Shown here piece after piece: positions 9,230 to 16,837 of a stretch of 24,000 nucleotides of DNA. Within the stretch, counting starts at the first letter, position 1, and the number at the start of each line of letters is the position of its first letter. The position numbers and the translations under genes are program-made. The notes beneath the pieces were generated by a model that was not told where the DNA came from, searched no databases, and saw only the letters and a list, made by a program, of their open reading frames with translations. Source of the stretch: Coleofasciculus sp. G1-WW12-02 (GTDB lineage Bacteria; Cyanobacteriota; Cyanobacteriia; Cyanobacteriales; Coleofasciculaceae); NCBI GenBank assembly GCA_040219735.1, contig JAVJRX010000129.1, one strand, 5' to 3'.

Positions 9230-9971
9230 CGACGTGATAAATTAACGGAGCGGCTATTAACGCGGGTAAAAAGGACGCAACACGGATGTGGGTCAACTGT
9301 AACAGGTTGATTCCCGTCCCCAAAATCATTAATCCCCCCACCCCTGTAATCAGGAGAATTCGGGGATCAGTAGTGGGATCGGGGATTGCTTGCGCCAAGA
9401 CTCCCGCCACTAGAGAAATTCCGCCCTGATAGACTAGAATCACAACAATCGAAAAACCGACGCCAATTCCAAAACTACTCGAAAGTGCGATCGCGGCGAT
9501 TCCATCCATCACAGCTTTTAGCGTCAGTAAGGTATCGTCACCCGTCAAGCCATTATTCAGACTCCCCAGCAACGTCATTGGACCGACACAAAACAATAAG
9601 CTAGCCGCCACAAATCCTTCCGTGAAAGCACCACTTCCCCGAAACCGAGTTTTTAGCCAATTTCCCACCGAGTGCAGTCTAGCTTCAATTTGCCACCATT
9701 CTCCCAGTAATCCTCCCAAGACAATACTAATCAGCGCCAATACCACACCATCAATGCGCCCTGCTTGCACCTGAGTCATACTCGCCGCCATGGTAACACC
9801 CAGAAATAGGGTAAGAAGCCCTACCCCTTGGGTGATAATTTGTTGCATGGGTTTAGGTAAACGGTGTTTAAGTAACAACCCTACAGTTGTGCCAATAGCT
9901 ACCGTTATCACATTTATCCAAGTTCCGCTTGTCTTGGCAAAGAAATCAGTTAGCAAAACATTAACTGTCAA
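9216..9971 (-). CDS. DUF554-family integral membrane protein (YdfK-like)
   Basis: 251-aa polytopic hydrophobic ORF. The N-terminal GTWINVITVAIGTTVGLLLKHRLP resembles the DUF554 consensus. Confidence 0.7.
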   Translation of the reverse strand: MTVNVLLTDFFAKTSGTWINVITVAIGTTVGLLLKHRLPKPMQQIITQGVGLLTLFLGVTMAASMTQVQAGRIDGVVLALISIVLGGLLGEWWQIEARLHSVGNWLKTRFRGSGAFTEGFVAASLLFCVGPMTLLGSLNNGLTGDDTLLTLKAVMDGIAAIALSSSFGIGVGFSIVVILVYQGGISLVAGVLAQAIPDPTTDPRILLITGVGGLMILGTGINLLQLTHIRVASFLPALIAAPLIYHVARLI

Positions 9972-10020
9972 CGTTAATAGTGGCGTAGCATACTTAATTT
10001 AATACATTAACCATTAGCAA

Positions 10021-10169
10021 GTAGGTTGGGTTGAGGGACGAAACCCAACACCAACGGGTTAGCTGAAACATTTTGTGTTTTCACACTCCATGCTCCCCCA
10101 TAATAACTTGAACGCTAACAACAAACGCACAAGTTAGTAAATTTAAGGCTAAAGCCCTTACTACAAACC
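10021..10169 (+). repeat. Dispersed composite repeat: GTAGGTTGGGTT..AACCCAAC hairpin plus a GGCTAAAGCCCTTACTACAA box
   Basis: The same two modules recur in the same orientation at 11092-11152 and 16323-16387. An inverted copy of the second box lies at 11003-11023, and a solo reverse-complement arm (gacccaacctac) lies at about 3135-3146. Confidence 0.75.
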
Positions 10170-10214
10170 TCATCTAATATAGTATTTAATCCATCTTGGC
10201 TCAAGGAGTGTTCT

Positions 10215-10304
10215 ATGGCTTCTCCCTTTCCCGGCATGAATCCTTATTTAGAAAATCCGGCATTTTGGTCAGAAGTACATAATCAATGGATAATTAATAA
10301 TTGA
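10215..10304 (+). pseudogene. N-terminal remnant of a DUF4058-family gene
   Basis: The ATG at 10215 opens MASPFPGMNPYLENPAFWSEVHNQWIINN*, which is the highly conserved N-terminus of cyanobacterial DUF4058 proteins (PFPGM.PYLE.P..W..VH). It is cut off after 29 codons by an AT-rich heptamer-repeat tract (aattgat-like). Confidence 0.6.
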
Positions 10305-10513
10305 TAATTGACAATTGATTAATTGGGTCTAAGACCTCTTCGTTTACGAAGAAATTAAAAAAGATTTTCCTTAATTTCAATCCTCTTCTTTTAAGGAGAG
10401 GTCATTATCCATTGTCAATTTGTGAACCCCCTCCCGTCCCCCTTGAGATCCCCCTCCCGTCCCCCTTAAAAAGGGGGAGACCTGAAGAGTCTGGTCTGGC
10501 ACATAAATGTGTA

Positions 10514-10570
10514 GGGGCGGGTTTTACTACTCTCTTTTCGGTTGCACCCAGATGTAACTAAACCCGCCCC
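10514..10570. repeat. 57-bp MITE-like element GGGGCGGGTTT...AAACCCGCCCC (intergenic copy)
   Basis: It has perfect 11-nt terminal inverted repeats and belongs to the same family as 5773-5830 and 18762-18819. It is preceded by a CCCCTCCCGTCCCCCTT direct duplication (about 10427-10467). Confidence 0.8.
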
Positions 10571-10688
10571 GATTCGTCGGTTTCGTGAGTTTATTTAACA
10601 AGTCAGATTACCGTGAGGGTACACAACCCAAAAGGTTACCAATGTGAGTTTTTCACCTTAAGTAAAACCAAAGCTTCATGAATTTTCC

Positions 10689-10961
10689 CTACCCTCGCTT
10701 ATAACCGTAGTACCAACGACTCGTCCTATCCCCCACATTTTTAACCGTATGAGATTCTTTTGCCGGAATCAGCACTTCCTCTCCGACTTGAGGACGAAAT
10801 GTTTTCCCTTGAAACGATAACTCAATTTCCCCTTCCAAAAGCATCACCAGTTCATCCGTATCGTGGACATAATCTGCCCACACCTGTCCCGGTGAATCCG
10901 TCCAAATCCCACAACTAAAGCCTCGGTTTTGCCAGTCGTTTTTAACGGTAGAATAGTCCAT
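10689..10961 (-). CDS. Small cupin-domain protein
   Basis: 90-aa ORF. The pattern ..HDTDELVMLLEGEIELSF.GKTF....GEEVLIPAKESHTVKN.. is typical of a single cupin_2 barrel. Confidence 0.65.
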   Translation of the reverse strand: MDYSTVKNDWQNRGFSCGIWTDSPGQVWADYVHDTDELVMLLEGEIELSFQGKTFRPQVGEEVLIPAKESHTVKNVGDRTSRWYYGYKRG

Positions 10962-11002
10962 GGTGAACTGAAACAGCTAAAATTGTCGAATAGATTGAGT
11001 TC

Positions 11003-11152
11003 GTAGTGAGGGCTTTAGCCCTCTCAAGCTAGGCGTTAAAGCACTAAAGTGCTTACTACAAACAAAGCCCTATTTTAGTTGTGCCAAGCTAGTAGGTTGG
11101 GTTGACGCCAGAAACCCAACAAAAGATAGGGCTAAAGCGCTTACTACAAGCC
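11003..11152. repeat. Cluster of dispersed short repeats between the cupin and DUF1232 genes
   Basis: The cluster holds three elements. One is an inverted GTAGTGAGGGCTTTAGCCCTC box (11003-11023). One is an AAAGCACTAAAGTGCTTACTACAAAC box (about 11037-11062). The third is the full composite repeat attttagttgtgcca..GTAGGTTGGGTT..AACCCAAC..GGGCTAAAGCGCTTACTACAAGCC, ending at 11152. Confidence 0.75.
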
Positions 11153-11164
11153 TTACAGGATGGG

Positions 11165-11494
11165 CTATTCGACAGAAACGGATTTCACATCTACCGTAGC
11201 TTCCGGTGTCGTACTGGTTTCTTCCGTGACGATTCCCGCTTGGCGAGATTTAGCCAAATCAATCAACCACTGCGACATCTCAGACACCAGCAGCGTCAGC
11301 ACGACGACATCATCAATTTGCCCGACAATTGGAATAAAGTCTGGGGCGATATCAATGGGACTAAACACGTAAAGGAGAGTCCCTAAGACTATCCACCAAC
11401 GGTATTTAGGATTGCGAACCGCGTTACGATACCAGTTATATATGGATTGGATTGAAAAATTATTCATCAGTTTTTCCCGACAGCTACCTTTCAT
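11165..11494 (-). CDS. DUF1232 (YkvA-family) small membrane protein
   Basis: 109-aa ORF with WWIVLGTLLYVFSPIDIAPDFIPIVGQIDDVVV, the DUF1232 signature (SP.D.iPDfiP..G..DD). It lies 131 nt downstream of the TIR-WD40 gene on the same strand. Confidence 0.7.
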   Translation of the reverse strand: MKGSCREKLMNNFSIQSIYNWYRNAVRNPKYRWWIVLGTLLYVFSPIDIAPDFIPIVGQIDDVVVLTLLVSEMSQWLIDLAKSRQAGIVTEETSTTPEATVDVKSVSVE

Positions 11495-11625
11495 CTTGCC
11501 AAATTCATCCCGGAATCTCTATGGGGATAACCCACCTGTTCAGGTGCAGAACTTACACCTACTGACGTGAGGGGGAGAGTTTGATGGGATTGGGATTTGC
11601 TGGGGATGATGGGAATCGCGCTTTG

Positions 11626-14600
11626 TTACTGTTTTACATCATCACACAGAAACTTATCGCTATCTGGGGCGCTGTGCTTCAAATAATCCCCAACCCAATC
11701 ACAGGCTCTATGCATGAGTGCATCTAGCGTTAAATCCTCTAAATTCCACAGCTTCACTGTTTTATCCCCACTAGCAGAAGCAATCGTCTTTCCATCTGGG
11801 CTGAACACTACGCTATAGACTGCTTCTTCATGACCAGAAAGACTGTGGAGAAGTTCACCTTCTCGATTCCACAACCTGACTGTTTTATCATTACTAGCAG
11901 AAGCAATGGTGTTTCCATCTGGGCTGAACACTACCCTCCCGACTGTTTCTTCATGACCAGAAAGAATGTGGAGAAGTTCACCTTCTCGATTCCACAACCT
12001 GACTGTTGTATCTGTACTAGCAGAAGCAATCGTCTTTCCATCTGGGTTGAACACTACCCTCCAGACTGTTTCTTCATGACCAGAAAGAATGTGGAGAAGT
12101 TCACCTTCTCGATTCCACAACCTGACTGTTCCATCCCCACTAGCAGAAGCAATCGTCTTTCCATCTGGGCTGAACACTACACTGATGACTGTTTCTTCAT
12201 GACCAGAAAGAGTGTGGAGAAGTTCACCTTCTCGATTCCACAACCTGACTGTTTTATCCCAACTAGCAGAAGCAATCGTCTTTCCATCTGGGCTGAACAC
12301 TACCCTTATGATTGATGCTTCATGACCAGAAAGAATGTGGAGAAGTTCACCTTCTCGATTCCACAACCTGACTGTTTTATCCCCACTAGCAGAAGCAATC
12401 GTCTTTCCATCTGGGCTGAACACTACGCTCCAGACCTCGTCTTCATGACCAGAAAGAATGTGGAGAAGTTCACCTTCTCGATTCCACAACCTGACTGTTT
12501 TATCAGAACTAGCAGAAGCAATCGTCTTTCCATCTGGGCTGAACAATACGCTATTGACCCATGCTTCATGACCAGAAAGACTGTGGAGAAGTTCACCTTC
12601 TCGATTCCACAACCTGAGTGTTTTATCCCTACTAGCAGAAGCAATCGTGTTTCCATCTGGGCTAAACACTACGCTACTGACCAATTCTTCATGACCAGAA
12701 AGGGTGTGGAGAAGTTCACCTTGTTGATTCCACAACCTGACTGTTTTATCCCCACTAGCAGAAGCAATCGTCTTTCCATCTGGGCTGAACACTACGCTCC
12801 AGACTGATGCTTCATGACCAGAAAGGGTGTGGAGAAGTTCACCTTTTCGATTCCACAACCTGACTGTTTTATCCCAACTAGCAGAAGCAATCGTCTTTCC
12901 ATCTGGGCTGAACACTACCCTCCAGACTGTTTCTTCATGACCAGAAAGACTGTGGAGAAGTTCACCGGCTCGATTCCACAACCTGACTGTATCCCCACTA
13001 GCAGAAGCAATCGTATTTCCGTCTGGGCTAAACACTACCCTCCAGACTGGTTCTTCATGACCAGAAAGAGTGTGGAGAAGTTCACCTTCTCGATTCCACA
13101 ACCTGACTGTATTATCCCAACTAGCAGAAGCAATCGTCTTTCCATCGGGGCTGAACACTACGCTATTGACTGGTTCTTCATGACCAGAAAGACTGTGGAG
13201 AAGTTCACCTTCTCGATTCCACAACCTGACTGTTTTATCACCACTAGCAGAAGCAATCGTCTTTCCATCTGGGCTGAACACTACCCTCCAGACTGTTTCT
13301 TCATGACCAGAAAGGGTGTGGAGAAGTTCACCTTCTCGATTCCACAACCTGACTGTTTTATCACCACTAGCAGAAGCAATCGTCTTTCCATCTGGGCTGA
13401 ACACTACGCTAATGACTCGTTCTTCATGACCAGAAAGAATGTGGAGAAGTTCACCTTCTCGATTCCACAACCTGACTGTTTTATCATAACTAGCAGAAGC
13501 AATCGTGTTTCCATCTGGGCTGAACACTACGCTATAGACCAAATCTTCATGACCAGAAAGGGTGTGGAGAAGTTCACCTTTTCGATTCCACAACCTGACT
13601 GTTTTATCCCCACTAGCAGAAGCAATCGTCTTGCCATCTGGGCTGAACACTACGCTATAGACTGGTTCTTCATGACCAGTTAATCGATTCCGCTCTCTAA
13701 CGCTGTCGTCATAAATTACCGTCTGCAAGGTTTGATTAATTCGCCGCTTAATCTCCAATTTTTCTGAATTTGATTCTTTGAATAGCTCTCCTGCCCGAAT
13801 CCCTTCAATCAGAGCATCTAATTTCAGATTTGACTTAACCAATATCTGGGAAAAGCGGCTTAACGCATCAATTTGACCTGCCATCCTTTTTTCTGATTCC
13901 CGCCACTGGACTACCGCCAAGCTTGTTAAACCCATCAACCCAATCAAAGCAGTAACCGATACAACTATAATTCGGCGAGCTTGTTTAAGTTCTCGTTTAC
14001 GGCGACTTTCTTCTTGATGCAAATGAGTCTCTTTCGCCGCTATACTTGCTTCAATAAATGCGTTTTGCAAGTCGGTGGCTGAAGGCTTTTTCCGGCTTTG
14101 ATTCGTTTCCTGTAACCAGTCTTGAGCAATTGCTAATTCATTTCCCCGCAACAACAAATCATCACTTTTATCCTTCTGCTGCCACTCCAGCGCTCGCTGT
14201 GACCATTTGCTATGCAGGCGAACGTGTTCTCTATCCGTATCTAAAGCCCTGACCAATTGATTGAAATTGGCATTAAACTCCCGTTGATTCTGATTGAAAT
14301 CAATCCACTGGATCTGGGCTAACTCTGGATGTAAATTTGCCGAGTCTACGGGTTGATGTAATACGGTGATAAAACGCTTATTTAAACTGGCTGCATAGTC
14401 CACCTCAGCAGCACAGTACGGTGAATTAACCGAACGCGGTGAAAGAATAAACAAAAAGTTATCACAGGCTTTAATCCCTAACTGAATCTCCTGCTGAAAG
14501 TCACTCCCCGATGCAATACTTTCCTGGTCAAACCATGTCGTTTTTCCTTGCATCTGTAATGCATCATTTAGCTTTCTCGCCAAGTCTGAGTCAGCACGGG

Positions 14601-15930
14601 AATAAGAGATAAACACATCCAGCGACTCTAACGGCGGTTGTCGCAGGCTTTCAGTAATGAATTCTTCTTGTAAGGCGGTGGGTGGATGGTGTGTCCTTTT
14701 TTGTGCTACCTTTAACCACGCTTCAGCACTGCGTAAGTTATAGCCTCGTAGCAGAATACTAGGATTTTGGTATTGCTCTTTCCACTTCAGCGCTTTGGTC
14801 AGTAAAATCTTATGCTCTCGATAATAAGCCTCATCCTGATGTAGAATCCGTAATAACTGACTTTCATCAAGCCGATAATCCTCTTCCTTTACATTATCGG
14901 TGAGGTCAATATATTGTAATCCCTGTAGCGCGGGTGGGATTTGTTCCACTGGTGTTTCCCGTACCAGTACCGGAATAATCCGCTTGTGCAGTGATACCGC
15001 TAAGTCTAATTCTTGTTGACAGTAGGTTGAGTTTACGGAGTCGGGTGAAAGGAGATACACTAAGTTATCCGCCTGTTCAATTCCCCGTCTAATCGCGTCC
15101 TCAAAGGATTCTCCACTTTGAATATCTGTTGTATTTGTCCAAACGGTAATGCTTTCTCGCCTTAAACTGCGACGAATCTTTTCCATCGTCGCCTTATCTA
15201 CATCGCTGTAGGCAAGAACCACCTGAGTCATCAAGTTATTGGCATTTTTGATACTTTCGGTGATGTATTCGCAATGTAAGTCCGTAGGAAGACAAGGCGG
15301 TTGTTCATCTTTAAACCGTACCTTTAACCAAGCTTCTGCCTGTTGTCTCTCTGCGCCAACTAATAGCCAACGATGTTGCTTTTGATTCCTCTCCCATTCC
15401 AATGCTTTGGCTAGAAAACGGGTATGTTGTTCTACATAGTCGGAATGAGAACGGAGTAATTTTACTAAGTCAGCTAAGGATGCTTCAAAATTGTTTACCC
15501 CCTCCTGAAAATACACCCAGTTGAGTTTACGGATTGTTGGGTGCATGTTTTGATAGCTTTCATGTAACCCCTTTGCTTTATAAGCTTCCCACTCTGACTG
15601 AGTACCATTAGGATTACGCTGCTGCCAGGTTTCCTGGCTAATTCCCATAACGTGTAATATAGGAATAATCCGTTTATTCAGTTTAATCGCCAGTTCAATT
15701 TCTTTTAGGCAATAGGGAGAGTTGACGGAATGAGGAGAAATGATAAATAGGAAATGACTAGCTTTTTCGATGCCATCGTCAATTTGATTCTGGAAGTCTA
15801 CGGCTAGGGGAATATCATTGAAGTCAAACCAGACGTTAAACTTTTGTGCAGTTAGACGGGATTGCAGGGTTTGAGCGAAAGCTTTACTATCGGCTCGTCC
15901 GTAAGAGATAAAGGCATCAAAAATTGTCAT
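11626..15930 (-). CDS. Triple TIR-domain / single-TM / 16x WD40-repeat protein (1434 aa)
   Basis: Three TIR-like modules lie at about aa 3-140, 235-345 and 437-546. They carry the motifs DAFISYGRADS and DVFISYSRADS, plus SP.SVNS.YC..E with Glu77, Glu307 and Glu509. Each module is followed by a helical ALEW..LLRG..L..AE.WL linker. A hydrophobic helix spans aa 653-676 (nt 13903-13974). Sixteen repeats of the form LSGHE..V..VVFSPDG.TIASAS.DKTVRLWNREGELLH. run from aa 750. I saw no P-loop. Confidence 0.9.
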   Translation of the reverse strand: MTIFDAFISYGRADSKAFAQTLQSRLTAQKFNVWFDFNDIPLAVDFQNQIDDGIEKASHFLFIISPHSVNSPYCLKEIELAIKLNKRIIPILHVMGISQETWQQRNPNGTQSEWEAYKAKGLHESYQNMHPTIRKLNWVYFQEGVNNFEASLADLVKLLRSHSDYVEQHTRFLAKALEWERNQKQHRWLLVGAERQQAEAWLKVRFKDEQPPCLPTDLHCEYITESIKNANNLMTQVVLAYSDVDKATMEKIRRSLRRESITVWTNTTDIQSGESFEDAIRRGIEQADNLVYLLSPDSVNSTYCQQELDLAVSLHKRIIPVLVRETPVEQIPPALQGLQYIDLTDNVKEEDYRLDESQLLRILHQDEAYYREHKILLTKALKWKEQYQNPSILLRGYNLRSAEAWLKVAQKRTHHPPTALQEEFITESLRQPPLESLDVFISYSRADSDLARKLNDALQMQGKTTWFDQESIASGSDFQQEIQLGIKACDNFLFILSPRSVNSPYCAAEVDYAASLNKRFITVLHQPVDSANLHPELAQIQWIDFNQNQREFNANFNQLVRALDTDREHVRLHSKWSQRALEWQQKDKSDDLLLRGNELAIAQDWLQETNQSRKKPSATDLQNAFIEASIAAKETHLHQEESRRKRELKQARRIIVVSVTALIGLMGLTSLAVVQWRESEKRMAGQIDALSRFSQILVKSNLKLDALIEGIRAGELFKESNSEKLEIKRRINQTLQTVIYDDSVRERNRLTGHEEPVYSVVFSPDGKTIASASGDKTVRLWNRKGELLHTLSGHEDLVYSVVFSPDGNTIASASYDKTVRLWNREGELLHILSGHEERVISVVFSPDGKTIASASGDKTVRLWNREGELLHTLSGHEETVWRVVFSPDGKTIASASGDKTVRLWNREGELLHSLSGHEEPVNSVVFSPDGKTIASASWDNTVRLWNREGELLHTLSGHEEPVWRVVFSPDGNTIASASGDTVRLWNRAGELLHSLSGHEETVWRVVFSPDGKTIASASWDKTVRLWNRKGELLHTLSGHEASVWSVVFSPDGKTIASASGDKTVRLWNQQGELLHTLSGHEELVSSVVFSPDGNTIASASRDKTLRLWNREGELLHSLSGHEAWVNSVLFSPDGKTIASASSDKTVRLWNREGELLHILSGHEDEVWSVVFSPDGKTIASASGDKTVRLWNREGELLHILSGHEASIIRVVFSPDGKTIASASWDKTVRLWNREGELLHTLSGHEETVISVVFSPDGKTIASASGDGTVRLWNREGELLHILSGHEETVWRVVFNPDGKTIASASTDTTVRLWNREGELLHILSGHEETVGRVVFSPDGNTIASASNDKTVRLWNREGELLHSLSGHEEAVYSVVFSPDGKTIASASGDKTVKLWNLEDLTLDALMHRACDWVGDYLKHSAPDSDKFLCDDVKQ
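11743..13683 (-). repeat. Tandem array of 16 x 123-bp (41-codon) WD40-coding units, highly similar at DNA level
   Basis: The block catgaccagaaag..tgtggagaagttcacc..tcgattccacaacctgactgt..actagcagaagcaatcgt.tttccatctgggctgaacactac recurs with a 123-bp period. The plus-strand antisense ORFs restart at 11830, 12322 and 12814, which is 4 x 123 apart. One unit carries a 3-bp deletion (GDTV instead of GDKTV, at 12988-12993). Confidence 0.95.
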
Positions 15931-16322
15931 TTTCTGGTATCTGTCCCTAGCTAAACGTCAGGAATACAGCTTTGAATGTGGAGTATGTCACCGTTGTCGT
16001 AGCGTGACACACCGAATTGGGTGGAGGACGAACGAAAGCAATACCTTGATGCTAACCCCACCCTAACCCTCCCCTTTATAAGGGGAGGGAACCGGAAAGG
16101 AGCATTTCCCCCCAAAGCACCGGGGGGATTAAGGGGGGTTATTTTTAAGGCAACGAGATTCAAAGGCTCACTTAGTTTGCGTTTCCTCTTAAGTTGACAC
16201 GGGTGACAGACGTGCGCCCTTTTACCGCACAGACGTGCGTCCAAAACCGTAAAATCCATCCCATCATTTTAGCTGTGCCACGGCAGTAGTGGACTGACAC
16301 AGCTACAATCGTAGAATAGGTT

Positions 16323-16387
16323 GTAGGTTGGGTTTCGACTTCGCTCAACCCAACGAACTCTAGGGCTAAGGTTCCTTACTACAAGCC
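16323..16387 (+). repeat. Composite dispersed repeat (GTAGGTTGGGTT..AACCCAAC hairpin plus GGGCTAAGGTTCCTTACTACAAGCC), copy upstream of the TIR-WD40 gene
   Basis: It has the same modules and orientation as 11092-11152 and 10021-10169. Like the 11070 copy, it is preceded by cattttagctgtgcca (about 16265-16282). Confidence 0.75.
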
Positions 16388-16528
16388 GGAGCGATCGCAC
16401 ATGCCTAACCTGTAAGAACATTTTGTGCAAAAATTTAGGTTGAATGGTACTAAGTTAAGGCTGGTGGGCAATGCCCACCCTACGGTATATCAAGAGTTTC
16501 GGCGATTAAAAAATGCAAGTTTTCAGTG

Positions 16529-16611
16529 CCATTTAATTTAAAGTGAGTAGCGAGCAAGATGCTCGCACTACGAGAATTTTGCCACTATTGACAATAACAA
16601 TTAATTGAATG
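16529..16611. repeat. Second copy (inverted orientation) of the ~80-bp CATTTAA-terminated MITE-like element
   Basis: It shares the tagcgagcaagatgctcgca hairpin core and the termini with 6368-6447. Confidence 0.7.
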
Positions 16612-16837
16612 TTTTCTTCCCCATCTCCCAGACGCTTCAAAAGCGCGTCTCTACACCCCTTAACCGAACCGTATTGAGACAGTTGCCAAATCGCCACCCG
16701 TCTCTCCCGAATCCCGCGCTCTAGCCGCGAAAATTAATCAACCTCTTTGCAAGCGGCGATAAATCCCTAGAATTGGAGTGGCTTGCATTTTAGCAAAGAC
16801 AATTATACTTAGCAATCAAGGGAGGTTGAGAACCGAT

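Noticed and set aside
11830-13683. Three long plus-strand ORFs (161, 161 and 289 aa; FFMTRK..VEKFTFSIPQPDCFIPTSRSNRLSIWAEHY repeats) antisense to the WD40 array
   Set aside because: They are the reverse-complement reading of the 123-bp periodic WD40 coding repeat. They stay open only because the repeat lacks stops in that frame. The sense strand gives a textbook WD40 consensus within a single 1434-aa ORF.
11743-13683. The regular repeat periodicity could suggest a CRISPR array
   Set aside because: The period is 123 bp with no repeat/spacer alternation. The whole unit is conserved and lies in frame within a WD40-coding ORF. No cas genes are present.
15951-16259. 102-aa minus-strand ORF upstream of the TIR-WD40 gene
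   Set aside because: It runs through G/C-tract and palindromic dispersed repeats (ccctcccctttataaggggaggg and the gacagacgtgcg duplications). Its composition is low-complexity and Arg/Pro/Gly-rich, and it has no recognisable motif. It is most likely a fortuitous ORF in repeat DNA.
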